Below are positions 24,466 through 36,964 of a stretch of 64,000 bases of DNA, one piece after another (position 1 is the stretch's first letter; the number at the start of each line of letters is the position of its first letter). Position numbers and translations under genes: made by a program. The DNA is taken from contig NC_059427.1 of NCBI RefSeq assembly GCF_021028975.2, positions 114,700,001 to 114,764,000 of the forward strand. The letters are read 5' to 3'. This DNA comes from Sphaerodactylus townsendi. Lineage: Eukaryota. A model generated the notes under the pieces. That model ran no database searches. It saw only the letters and a list, made by a program, of their open reading frames with translations, and was not told the origin of the DNA.

Positions 24466-24692
24466 TATATGCCAAATATTTATCCCAGGGTAGCTGGTTC
24501 TGCTTCCTAGGTTGTCGGAAACACCTGTTCCTTGTTTCCAGAGTTAAAATGTTAGGAAGTGCTAATTCACATACATCAGGTTAAGCTTCTAAAATAAATG
24601 AGTTATTCATTCACACTGTTGCATGACTATCAAATAAAGGCGATTTTCCTTTTCAGAGAATTGTAGTAACAGCACCTTCATTTACCTTGAAG

Positions 24693-24899
24693 TAAGGGTG
24701 CCAAGCTGAGAAAATAATGGAGATTTGGATAGTGGAGCCTAGGGAAGATTTATTTGAGTGGGGGTGGGGCTTAGCAGGGATGCCATACAGTCCCGCCTCC
24801 ACAGCCGCTATTTTCCCCAGGGGAATTGATCTTTGTAATCTGGAGGTCATTTGTAATTCCAACCAAACTCCAGGATCCACCTGGAGGTTATCAATCCTT
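24693..24899. mobile_element. Old GGTTGCC-type MITE
   Basis: Internal similarity to 3441-3656 (GCCATA.AGTCC..GC..ATTTT..CCAGG..AA.TGAT). Confidence 0.6.
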
Positions 24900-25085
24900 C
24901 TTTGAGCATCCTTTTCACTGGGAACTCCCCAAAAGGGGAGATAATTGCAGATAATGCTTTATCTAATTTTTTTGTGTGTTCTCTTTCATAAAAAGTCCCC
25001 TTCTGTGAATATTTTATTACTGAAAAGCTTGGTTTTAATAAATTACTCATGTAGTTCTTGTGACAGACTGGAAGGGGGGAAAGGA

Positions 25086-25123
25086 CACCACACACACACA
25101 CACACCACCACCACCACCACCAC
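25086..25123. repeat. (CA)n/(CAC)n microsatellite
   Basis: Direct reading. Confidence 0.95.
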
Positions 25124-26799
25124 TTGGGTAGAATTAGAAATCTGAGCTGGCTTGATTATAATGATGCTCTCTGAATAGAAACTGAGCACTGTATCTAATG
25201 TATCCAAGGCTCTCTTGAGTCTTGTCAGGACTTGAATAAGAACAATATTAATTAAATGCCCTCGGGGTAAACTGCATCTTGAGAAACCACTGCTGTACAC
25301 TGGCAACTTATGTTTCAGACATTTCACAGTATTATCAGACCCTAGGAGGTAACTCATCATTGAACCAATAACCAAGGGATTACAGGAAAATCTCAGAGAC
25401 CCAGTTCATCTGGGAAAACACTCCCCACAACATGCATATTATGGCAACCTTTCTATTGCCTTTAATGTGGCTGAAAGATACTACTCAGAATTAATATGCT
25501 GACCAGCTGAAACTACTCCAAAATGTGTGGAATCCCCTCATGGTTTCTTCGTTATGACTCAGATTGAAACAATCTTTGTCCTATTTTGTGAGCGAGTCCT
25601 AATCAATGTGGTTTTAGCCAAAGAGCTTAGTAACATGAAAAAAAAATAGAAAGGCCTCTACCAATTAACAAAAATCTTTCAAGGAAGAGTCTTTTTCAAT
25701 AAACTCATTTCATCCAACCCTTAGGCAGACTAACCTAAAGGTCGTGGCTGAACCATGCTACCTGTCTTTCATGGGGCACCAAACACCTTCCTTGTGCCTA
25801 CTTAACAATTCTCATAGCAATTCTCTTCCTCAGAATCAAAATTCAGACCTCTCTGCCCATTGTTCCATGCTGCCTGCTGTTCTAGGAGCGCCAAATGCAT
25901 ATAGCCACTCTGCCAGCCTTTTGGTGGTGTCAAATGCTTCCTCTGTTTGCTACATAATTCAGACCTCCTTTCTTAGGATGCCAAATATATCCTTGTGCGC
26001 ACTCTGTCACATTCTGAATTTGAGACATCATGGAGATACAAAATGTCTCCCAGTGCCAATTTAAGAAAGAATTTTAATTGCCCACAAAACTGGTGTCCTC
26101 TCTTTCGATTGCCTGAAATTTGGTTGAGGGATATGCAGACCAATCCTGGGGGGGAGTAGACCCACCTCTGGAGCTAGCACAGCCCTGCAGTGGTGTGGGT
26201 GCTCACTCCACTGGCACAAGGGGCAAACGCACTGACAGAGAGATGATCTACCCAGACAGGCAGGCACTAGGTGACTCCATGGAGCCTGACCCAGAAGCCA
26301 TCATCCTTCCCTAGTCCCACCAGCGCAGAAAGGTGCACCAGCATGGCTGGGGGAGTTCCGGGGGTGGACCAGGGGATGCAGCCTAAGTCATCTTTCACTG
26401 TGCAGCCAGCCCCCATGCACCAATAGAACCAACCTTGGAGATATGCCACATTTTTTGTGGCGTATCTCCATTATCCTCTCGGGGAGATTTTCATCAGCTG
26501 TTTTTGCTTTGGGGCTTCCTGTGCCATGGGGAAGTCTTTTGGAGAGAATTGGATGGCACTAAACTGGCACTATCCATGCCCACTCACCTGATCTGAGTGG
26601 GGCTGTAAGTCTCCAAAAAATCCATTCCAATTTACTGAAAATGAAGAAGTTAACCCTAAAATTATGTGTTGCCACATTAATTCTGTTTCCCACTGAAGCA
26701 AGCAAAACCAGAAGAAATCAATAATAAATGAAATGAACATAACTTTTTTAAAAAAAATGGAAGCAAAAATATAATGAAAACAGAAATAAAAAGAACAGA

Positions 26800-27400
26800 A
26801 CATCTCCTTACTAGAAACAGCTTCACGTGGTCTGTGTACTACAGCATGTACCTGGATAGTTCATCAGCAATGTATGGGTCCACATTTGTCACCAAAGGAA
26901 GGACTATACTAATTTCCTTGGAAATTATATTTATCTTACCAAATCCTTTCAGGATTATATCTATGATTTCCCAAAGATGCTTTGTAGTAGGCAGGAAGTT
27001 TGATGTCCCAGACAGTTTCTCTTTGCTTGACCTTCAACTTTGATAAAAACAGATATCCACTACAGTGATGTAATTTCCTGTCTTTATTCAGCAGTATTAG
27101 CATCATCAAAGGGTAAAACATTCCTGCTTGGAATGATTTTGTAATCTGTTGAACAATCACACTTGCATAGACTAAGTCAAAGGGAAATAAAACAAGTGGT
27201 AATATTTCAAAATCCAATTCCCCCAAAATGTTGAGGCAGACTATATTGCAGCACAGCACCTGTGGAGGTTGTAACGGTAAGGGTGTTATATATTCTGCTC
27301 TATAGGAAGGATTCCCGTCAGGTGTTTTAGGAACCTTCCTATTAATTAGCTTGATTTTCTTCGCTGCCACCAAAATATATTTTGCTATAGCTCGCACAAA
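26800..27400 (-). mobile_element. Possible decayed LINE 3' end(s), RTE-X-like
   Basis: Minus-strand broken frames ETVWDIKL../KHLWEIIDIILK..LVTNVDPYIADELSRYML and AIAKYILVAAKKIK weakly resemble the ORF2 end at 35750-36360. Confidence 0.35.
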
Positions 27401-27401
27401 C

Positions 27402-28236
27402 TGATGAAACGGTCACCACTCTTTTTGGGAACACGGACACAGACAAAAATAGAGACTGGAACGGATTTAACTGAACAAAAACTTAAAACGTTTATTTCTG
27501 GCTTAAAAGAGGCTTCTCAGGTAACTTGAGAGGATTTACGCTTGTTGGTTTCAGAAAAGATGTTTCTTTAGAAGTTTTACACTCTCTGTTGACAGACTCT
27601 AGTCCACTGTACCTAACCACTAAACAAAACACCCAGTCTACGCCCGGTGGGATTCTGACATAACAGCCTCCCTCTCCCATAATCCCAAATTTGGCCTTTC
27701 TTCCACAGGATTGGGCCTCCCAAGACTGGTGTTAACTGTGGAGGACAGACTTTTAGACTTGTCAGAGGTTTTCCCTCAAAACACCTGAGTGGCGGTCACT
27801 CTCCTCCAGACTCAGGGTTTCAGATGTCTTAATAGCTTCCTCAGCTATTAACAAACAGCAGCAGTGAGAGATCTTGGCGGGATCTCTCTGCCACAAAACG
27901 TACCCGAAGGCACAAAAGCTCACAGACAGAGCCAAAAAGCCAAAAAGACCAAAAGAATCCCTCAGCACTCTCGCTGACTCTATTTATAGTACCTGCATTT
28001 TTTTTCTCTGGCCAATCAGGGCTGGCCAGGGCTTAACTCTTTCAGGGCAGACTCCACCCTGTAAACTGAATGCAGGATAAGTGCATTCGTCACAGAGGTC
28101 TGGAATTGTGTACCATACAATAGACTTAGGAAGACAAGTCAGGTATAAAGATCCTTGCAGATGCAGCACACACCTCCCCACATCTCATGTGACCACTGGA
28201 GGATTCAGCAAAACTCTCAGGGGAAGGTACACGACA
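27402..28236 (-). mobile_element. Probable solo LTR
   Basis: TG at 27402, CA at 28219 or 28236. Minus-strand order CCAAT box (28011), TATAAATA (27981-27988), AATAAA (27491-27496). No TSD found. Confidence 0.55.
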
Positions 28237-28303
28237 GAGTGGTTGCTTTGCATGTAAAAGATCCCAGGTTTAACCTCCAGCATCTCCAGTTCAAAGGATC
28301 AGT

Positions 28304-29278
28304 GATCCTTTCTGCACAACACAAATAGGATGTCATGGGGACATCTTTTTAAAAAGTGTTTGCTCTCCAGATGTTCATGAACTACAAATCCCATCAGCCC
28401 CTGCCAGCATGGCCAAATGGTTTATTATTTCATTGTCAATTCCAATCGGCTTCCAATTGGCCATGCTGGCAGGGGCTGATGGGATTTGTAGTTCATGAAC
28501 ATCTGGAGAGCCGCAGGTTGCCAACCCGCCATAGACAAATAAAGCTTGTGAGGAGAAAGTGGGTTTTTTCTTCTGCCCAATCTGTAAACTGTTGCTTTCA
28601 GTTTCTCCACAGCTTGCATCCACCATTTTCTGCTCTAGGGATTCACTGTGCTGGCTACGATTAACTGGTTTGTTTCAAGGACTGTTTCCGCTGCTTGCAT
28701 CGCAGGTGTATTCTATTTCAACATGCAAAGTACATGAATATACTTCGTTTTCCCTGCTGATGACATGCACATGTCATTTTTTTCCTTTTTTTCAGTTAAG
28801 TGTCTTTGAGACTACAAAGACATGATATGAGAATTGGCTGTGAAAACACTGAAAATGAAAAAATGAAAAAGGTACATGTGTGTATTTATAAGCTGAAATA
28901 GTGGCTGCCTACAGTGCAAGCAGAGGAAACAGCCTTGGTAACACCTCTATGAAGGGTGGCATGGTGAATCTTTGGAGCAGTAGAAAATGGTGGGTGCAAA
29001 CTGCAGACAAACTAAAAGTGACAGCTTTAAACTTGGGTGGGAAAAATAAGACATTTCCTGCTTTCTGCACAGCAAGCAAGAAAGGTCTTCAACCTGTCTT
29101 GGGAAAGATTGCTAGTTTAGCGTTTTAAAAATAAGTTGGGTTGAGCCTTGGGGAGGGGGGCGGAGCTGCAGGGAGTTTCCTTCCCAAAACATTTCTGCCA
29201 TTGAATCAGACAACAACCAGATTAGGATAAAATTTCTTTAAACCGCCGGATGTTTTATTTGTGCTGTGCAGAAAGGCC
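28304..29278. mobile_element. Long palindromic Harbinger-like non-autonomous element
   Basis: TIRs GATCCTTTCTGCACAACACAAATA / TATTTGTGCTGTGCAGAAAGGCC, TSD AGT; internal arms 28570-28650 and 28960-29045 are inverted copies. Confidence 0.75.
28362..28528. mobile_element. Young palindromic hAT-like MITE, left end truncated
   Basis: Perfect 55-bp inverted arms 28362-28416 / 28457-28511; same family as 63540-63669. Confidence 0.9.
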
Positions 29279-30482
29279 AGTTACTGGATGGTGTGAAAGA
29301 CCTCCTTGGAAAGCCTCTACCAGTCAGACAATACTAACCTTGAGATATGAATTGTCTGATCCACTATAAGGCAGTTTTATGTATTCAATAATCAGATGTT
29401 GCCCATGTATTTTCAAATGTTCTGGGACGAATGAATAATGGGAAATTGTTGGGTTTTAAACTGGAAGTTCTAATTTATAGGATTCCAGATTTAATCCAAG
29501 ATTTGGAAATCTAAGCTGTGATGCAAGCTATAGTGCTGTTTAGTATGGTTCTTAGTTTCTGCTTATAAAGTAGCTAGATATTTGACAATGAAATAATAAC
29601 AATAACAACAACAACAACATTAATAATAATAATCCTCCACGTGAAGGTTTATATTTTATCCAGTCTGTTCCAATCACAATAGGATTACAATACACCTGTA
29701 ACAATTTTTAAAATGCTTTTTAAATTAACACTCCAATATGTTTTAAATTGTAAATGTTTTGAGTATGTGCGCTGCATATGCCACTTTCCCTGTCCTGCCT
29801 TCTGCCCAGTCAATTTGACAGAAAATAGTATTAACATGCAAAAGAAGTGCTTTCCTTGTTTGTCTAAATTGCTGTAATCTGGATCACAAATACTTTTAAC
29901 TTTTTCACATTGTCACCTGGAATTGTAGGGCTTTTGTGCACATACTTCTGTGATGCAGCTGGTGCTTTGCTGTGAGGTTTCCCCATGGCTCTTGTTTAAA
30001 AAGGAGCCTCCTGGTAGGCTTCCTTCCTCCTCCCTTTCTGCCCACCTGCCACTTCCCGCTTGCCTCCTCTGGGAGGTTCCAAAACACAGAAGAAAAGTTA
30101 TGCTTTCTTGGTGACTGATTAGCTTGGCAAAGAAAGGGAAGCTATAGGAAAGGTTGCATTTTGCCAGCATTTGCAAACCGTGCAGTTTCTCTGATCTGCG
30201 GCGTGGTGGCTTTGGGAGATGCTAAGAAAAATGTGCAAATGAAAGTATACAGCTAAGAACTGGTAAGCTAATTACTATGCAGAATGCAAGTATGTAAATA
30301 GCTGTCATTCAATCCAGTAAGTTTTGAACATGCACCAACATGATGAATACAGTCGCAAGATGAATGCCACTGATTCCACAAGTGCAAAATCAATACATAC
30401 ACTCAAAATGTGATTCATTTTAAATGCTGCATGACCTGCTTATGAAGAATGTGGAACAGATAAAATCCCAGCAAGCCAGCAA

Positions 30483-30635
30483 ACTACCATCTTAGCCAGG
30501 TTTCAGAACACAAACTAACCAGGTTTGAGGGACGACCTCCCCGGTCAAATCCCCACTACCATCTTAGCCAGGTTTCAGAACACAAACGACCGTTAGTTTG
30601 TGTTCTGAAACCTGGCTAAGATGGTAGTGGGGATT
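30483..30635. repeat. 33-bp unit present twice directly and once inverted
   Basis: ACTACCATCTTAGCCAGGTTTCAGAACACAAAC at 30483 and 30555; perfect 40-bp inverted repeat 30548-30587 / 30596-30635 with 8-nt loop. Confidence 0.95.
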
Positions 30636-33600
30636 CGAGAGTATGCCTACAGTAGATATGTGGTCAGCCTTCACACTAAATGTTGCCAAATGCACATTTG
30701 GAGTTAAACTCCAAATATTGTCATTTTAAATTGCAAACATATTATCAGTATGATTGCATAGGGTGCATAACTTAAGGAAAAAAGCAGATATTAAATTTTC
30801 AAAAGTCTTCTTTGCAGCCCCCCCCCCCCCAATTGCTTGTTTTAACAAAGAAAATAGAGAGTGGGATGTATGTCCCTGTGTGTGATAACTTCTGTGAACA
30901 TTACTTCTCCAAAAGAATGTCAAAATGTGGGGATAAAAGAGCCGCTTGTCTACTCCTGTATTTCTTCTTGACATTCCCTGACCTGAAGGAGTCAATCATG
31001 GGGGAAGAGAGACCTTCTTAGCTGCTTCTTATAAGTTGACAAAGACCTTGAGGGAGTGACATCTCATACAGAGATCTCAATGAATGCAAGACTTGGTGGG
31101 CAGGGCTGCGGGGCAGATCAGCCTAAAGTTCCTTGTCTCATTGACCAAGTTCTTTGAACTGGTATTAGTTCAGCTTGGAAAGGGCAGCTTGCCTTAGCAT
31201 TCAGACTGTCTCCCCAGGAGGATAATTAGCCTACATTGAGGGGGTTAACACTTCCACCTTAGCCCCCATTAATCCAGCCTCACTGTAATGCAGACTGCCA
31301 CTGAATTAGCCAATAATCGGATTAGGATAAAATTGCTTTAAACTGACATTCAGAAGCAAAGTTTCCTGTCATCTTTCTGTGGATGTGTAAAGAGGCTTCC
31401 CACATCCCGTGCCTGCCTAGGACTCATTCCTTAGAAGTTGACTACTTATGGCAGTGTTATTCACTTAATAGTGACCTAGTATTTCGTGGTGGTTGGAAAT
31501 TTCATGCCAGTAATTCCCAACGTGCAGAGGAAAGAGCCCAAGCAGTAAACAAGGACCATCTGAAATATTATCAGTGGGCAATGTGTTAGAATTCCCTTCT
31601 GCGTTACATTAAAGCAAAACTACTGAGTCATCACTTCAAGACTGGACAGAACATATATTAGCTGTTGTTCTCTCTTTCTCTATTGCTGATGATGGTGCCT
31701 TAACAAACTGAAGTGAAGAGACCAATAGTTACTTGGGGTATATATTATGCTCTCTTTAGGTCAGAGTGCTAAGAGTTGCCCCTGTGGTATGAATCAAGAT
31801 GTTTTGACTTTCCCCAAATACTTGTGTCAGTGGATCATTACAACATGGGGTCAAGGGTTGCTTCCCTGAACATGATCTCTTCTCTTGGAATTAGGAGGTT
31901 TATTTGTTCTACGATAAAGTACAGCACTTTGCTTTCTCATCCTCCTTAGATCAACTTGACGTCTGATTCAGAAATGTTATTCAACATTCTACAAAGCAGC
32001 CAAGCCCTTGAATATTATGATGTTTCAACTAAGATGTGGTCCCAATGACCTTGTTCCTCAGTGTAAAATCCTGCGGGTCAAAAAGTGAAACCCAGACCAT
32101 GTCAGTTAGCCTTTCATTGGGTCAGACCTTTTGTTGGATGCTGAAAAAGAATTGTAGACAGCGCTGATGAAAGCAGGGATGGGGCAGGCAGGAGGAATAT
32201 CACCTGTCATGAAATGTCACCCCTGCCCCACCCCCATGAATCTTCATGTTGAAGAAGATCATAAATCATTCTCCTTCAAAGAAATCACAACTTTTTCTGG
32301 TAAGATGTCGAAGGAAAGATTTCCCCCTTGTTAATTGTACACAGCATGATGACAATGGAAACAGGTTATTATTACTCCTTTCTGTCCGAAGTGCTAATGG
32401 TACACAGCTATCTGCCCACTCGCAATTTTCCTCCAACTCTTACCTGCAGTTACAAAAACTCAAGGAATGCAAAGCTGCACTACATAATCATGAAGCTCAT
32501 CATGATGAGCTCATCCTGTATGATTTGTCATGACTCATGAGCTCCAGTTTCATTCAATATTAAGAATATTGGTTGAACAAATATCAGAACTGGATTAAGG
32601 AGGTTTAGGGTTGTCAGGGGGCTGTCAGTGTCTTTAAGCAGACTGTCAGGGTGACCCCATGAGCGAATGTGTTTTTGCATGCGCCTTGGGGGAGGAGCAT
32701 GATAGAATTCCCACACTCTCCAAATATCTTCAGTTTGCCTTATCCAGTTTTGATCCAGGTGGAGTCTCTGATCCCAAATAACACTGGCACAAGAAGTTTG
32801 GAGTCAACTGACCTGGAAAACTGTTGTTAAAGTGAGGGACAGACTCGAGATTCTTCTTGCTAAGAGAGTGCTTGCACCTGAGCCTCATTCCTATTGTAGT
32901 GAACACCTCAGGATGAAGGTGGGAAGCAGGTCTTGCAACCTACACTTGCTTGACCCTTTCCTAATTCCCCAGCAGCCATGGGGCGGAGGAGGACCTATCC
33001 TTTGCATGTGGGGGGGGGGGACAGGACTGTCAAGGATGACATCACCTGGCAGGGCCTCAGAACTGTCTTCCATTGCTGCTCCAAGGGAAGGACAGGAGGT
33101 GGCCCCAGGGGTGGGAGAGGGATGAAAAGACAGAAGGAAGAGTGGCACCTCCGCTCCCCCACTGTTGCAAAAAAGATGGATGCCACAGACAGGGAAAGTG
33201 CTCTGGAGGGAGAGGAACTGTGGCTGCCCCCTCTCCCTCAGCTCCTCAAAATCCGCTATTGTACACCCACTACCATCTACTTACGTCAGCAATGCTGTCA
33301 CCATCCTGCACCCACCAAGTGCCTCACTGTGTAAGCTCTGCCCCCAAGCCATGTGTGTTTGGCAAATGAAACTGTTTCAAAAGAAGGCCTCCAGTGCCAA
33401 GGTCATATGTGTGGACAGTCACTGGACTATGAGTCTCTGGATTAGTTCTGTGCTGAGCCTCTGAAAGTGTCTTGATGGTTCAGTGTACAAGTATGTTAAC
33501 AGGGGATGCTAAGGAACCATGGGACTGAATAACAGTAGCAATGACTACTGTAGATCTCAGATGCATTTTCATACTTTGGAGATGGACATTCACTGAGACA

Positions 33601-35609
33601 GCAGGATGTCTGTGAACCTACTTAGAGGTCAGTTACTGAAGTTGCCACAGGATATCTTTCATGCTTGCTCCTTTGAACCACTACAGTGAGACCTCCAACT
33701 TGACCTCATTTCTAATTTTTCAGAAATTGCCCTTCTTTCACTGATATATATATACACATGCCTAAAGAAAAAGAATGACAGCTACAAAACATTTTATGAT
33801 CTTTTTCAACACTAAAGAAATAGCCTTAACAATGTTGCCATAAATGTACGCAATCAGGGTTTTTTTTAATTAAGATTCACAGAGTCATTTTATCAAAACA
33901 ACAAAAGCATAATGTGTTCATTCATTCTAGCCTGGAACTTTTCTCTCCTCTAATCTCTAAGGTAAAATAACAGCTTTTTTGTTCACGCCTTCACTTCTGC
34001 CACTGGAAGGTAGGGGGTACAGAATCACTTTTAAAAACCTCCAGCATGCAAGCAAAAATATACAAGGGACCTTTCTCACTAACTTCGGGTACTGTCCTTC
34101 TGCTGGAGTCACTAGGAAAACTTGCACAGTGTGAAAGTCTGCAAAGAGATGTCCCCAAAGAGGTTTTAATATGTAGCCACATTTCCCCAGTGTTTCAGCC
34201 GGTGTTTTCTGAAATGAACAAGGCACCCAGCATGTGCTCAGGGGACCACTAGAGTGTGTATAAATTATAAGAAAAACCAAATGTGTTTTTCTTCTGCCGG
34301 CTATAAAATGAATTCTGGAGCTTAACTTCGCTTGCTATTTCTCTCTGAATTTTAAGGGCAACGAAATGCTTCTAAGAAAGACCAGAAGTTTCATTTCATT
34401 AGAGAGATAAAGTTTCAAAAGTCTGAAATCCTACTTAGCACTGTCAAAAATTGCATACACTCTGGTCTGGAACACAAAACAAGGAAGCAAATGTATTCAC
34501 ACATCTCTTTTCTTTACATTTGGGGGTTTTTTAACCCAAAAGAAGAAAATATATGAAGTCACCCAAAGTTCTCTTAAAATCAGTGGGTTTTATCCTTACT
34601 TACACAATCAAGCATGTTTGTGGAGTTGATTTCATTCCAGAATGACATGTCATGTGATTCAAGGGGCTGCAGAAAGAAGGGGGAAATCAACTCCCCTTCC
34701 CTCATTCTTGCCCAAGCTCCATGAGGAGAGCAAATCTTTCATGAGAAGCAAGAGGCAATTTCAGCAATTCCCCCATCTTGCTGCATTTCTCCTGCATCAC
34801 ATTCTGGAGGGCCTCTTGAGTCTCTGCACAGGCTTGCTGGCAAGCTCAGGAGCTGCTGGAGGAAGGGGAAGGTAGTAAAATTGTGTCTGTAAATTGGTTC
34901 TGTTCATGGAAGCCTTGGATCAGTGCAATGGCATTTACTGTTTTAGGATCAACAGAGTAGGAGTATAATGCTCCTTCCCTTCCTATCCCAGAATAAGTTG
35001 TTCAGAGTAGTCAAGCCACTGCCATATTTTAATCAAAATTACACACCATCGCATCCTGGACTCCTTCCTTGCCAGTTACCCACAACTCTGAATCAGACTG
35101 CTGCAAAATCCTTTTATGAGAACATAAAATAAGTTAATACAAGGAAATAGACTGTAAAAAAAAATAGCATATTAACTGTCTGAAAGTGACTACATTTCCC
35201 ATCTCGTATTATGGAGCAATGTGGAAAAACTCAAATGCATCTTAACCCAAGCTAATGTTGATGTCATTTATTTGTACATAAAATGATATATAACTTTAAA
35301 CGGTTGCACTAATCACGATCAGGCATGGATGTACTTTATCTATGTTTGGTAAAGTTCCTGTGAAGGCAACATCTGGAATCATATCCACAGTTACTTCGGT
35401 TCCAAAAATTTCTTTGAAACTTCCTTCCAAATAATCAGCATTAGCTCAGTCTGTATGGCTATTGGCTTTCCACAGTCATAGCAGTGTGAGCTTACAGACA
35501 GGAAACAAGGGGGGAAATATGGACGAAAACCTACCATTCTACCATCCACACCGATGTGTTTGGACTGGAGCAATCAACATGAATTATGATTGTACTAGCG
35601 GAGGGAAGG

Positions 35610-35739
35610 TGGCATGGTATGGCCTGATCTCATGAGATCTCAAAACCTAACAGGGTCAGTACTTGGAAGGGAGACCATCAAGGAAAACACTGCAGAGGAA
35701 GGTAATGGCAAACCACCTCTGCTCCTCAATTGCCTTGAA
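35610..35739 (+). mobile_element. 5S rRNA-derived SINE with RTE/BovB-type tail (5S-Sauria-like)
   Basis: GCCTGATCTCATGAGATCTC..CTAACAGGGTCAGTACTTGGAAGGGAGACC matches degenerate 5S rRNA with an internal deletion, then GGTAATGGCAAACCACCTCTG. Confidence 0.8.
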
Positions 35740-35749
35740 TGCCTAGACA

Positions 35750-36360
35750 TTGATAATTAAACACTGGTTAAAATATTATTCAGGAAAGATTCAGGAAACC
35801 TTTTAATTCACATGCTGGAAGATACCTATCCTTCTCACTGGTCTGAAATTACACATCTAAAAATCAAGTGCATTGGCACTGAGTAATGAGATATTCATTT
35901 TAGAAAAAATCAAGCAATGTCTTGAAGATCATGAGTGTCAACTTTTATTATCTACAGACCTGAACATTTGCTCACCCAAAAATTTTGGTATCCAACCATC
36001 ATATGGATCTGGAGCAAACTACCTGCTTAATTTAACTCTAGTCCAAATCAGAGTGTTTATGTTGGTATGATTCAACATCTTCCCCTCTACAGTTACCAAG
36101 GGGAGATAACATCATGTCCCATTTATTTCAACGATTTCACCAATGATTTCACCAACGATTATGACTCTCAGGAAACATTGTCTCATATTCTTTTAGATCG
36201 TCCGCTGCATGATTGATTATGCTCACAAATCCTTCAGCCAGTTATCCTGCAAAATCCCAGAATAAGCAACACCTCACTTACGATACCATGGAAGATCATA
36301 ACCACAAAATTATATCTCCAGTTGCATTCTACTTAGCTGAAATTCTTTAAAAAGAAGGTT
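35750..36360 (+). mobile_element. Decayed LINE ORF2 C-terminus with zinc-knuckle remnant (RTE-X-like)
   Basis: IKQCLEDHECQLLL..CSPKNFGI..ANYLLNL..VFMLV*FNIFPS..KGR* then ETLSHILLD(R)PLHD; stops and frameshifts throughout. Clade assignment tentative. Confidence 0.7.
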
Positions 36361-36409
36361 CAAAATGAAATGAACTGCTGCCGGTAAATTTACTTAACTG
36401 TTTTTTTAA

Positions 36410-36625
36410 ATTTATTTATTTTTTAATCTTATATACCGCCCAACCCCCGAAGGGCTCTGGGCGGTGAACAACAAAAATTATAATTACATATAGGTTTTAA
36501 ATAAGTTAAGTTAAAATGCAGCAGATAATAACAACAATGCCCGCAACAATTCCTATTAGATACTCCCAGAAGGGGAGAAAAAGAGTGGGGCCCATAGGTG
36601 GTAATGGCCCGAAAAACAGGAGGGT
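36410..36625 (-). mobile_element. L2-type 3' tail
   Basis: (TTTA)n then ATACCGCCC..GGGCTCTGGGCGGTGAAC; same motif at ~62830. Confidence 0.65.
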
Positions 36626-36947
36626 TAACTGGTTTCACTGTTCATAATTTTCCTCTTGTGCCATTCGAGTTTTTCTGAACTTCTAAACTTGCCTCGAAGC
36701 CTCTTTCTGGGATCTCTATAAGTCAGTTGTGCCTTGACAGCACATAACACATATGTATGATTGTAACTGAATATGCTATCAAAATCAAATATGCTATCAG
36801 AGACAGAAAAACCAATGGTGTCAATTGAAGCAGTCATAAAAAGAAAAAATGTAAACAAAAAGTTTTGGTGAAGAAAAATGTTTTCACACATTTTTTTTAC
36901 ATATTCTTAGTTTTCTCACATCTAACTTCCTGTTTCTTGTGGGGGGA

Positions 36948-36964
36948 GGCTCCCTCTGGTGGTA
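36948..36964 (-). promoter_or_regulatory. Candidate CTCF motif
   Basis: Minus strand TACCACCAGAGGGAGCC matches the CTCF core CCACCAG(A/G)(G/T)GGCGC; motif match only. Confidence 0.45.

Larger units (their letters stand above)
28236..29387 (+). mobile_element. tRNA-headed, CR1-tailed SINE split by the insertion at 28304-29278
   Basis: Head AGAGT..GCTTTGCATGTAAAAGATCCCAGGTTTAACCTCCAGCATCTCC; tail resumes at 29279 and ends GTCTGATCCACTATAAGGCAGTTTTATGTATTC. Confidence 0.7.

Noticed and set aside
30483-30635. CRISPR-like repeat-spacer-repeat
   Set aside because: Only two direct copies and one inverted copy, vertebrate context, no cas genes.
29220-31344. GATTAGGATAAAATT(T/G)CTTTAAAC at ~29220 and ~31320
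   Set aside because: Isolated 24-bp near-match with no extendable homology; cannot assign meaning.
35610-35690. 5S rRNA gene
   Set aside because: Diverged, internally deleted, single copy and fused to an RTE-type tail; it is a SINE head.
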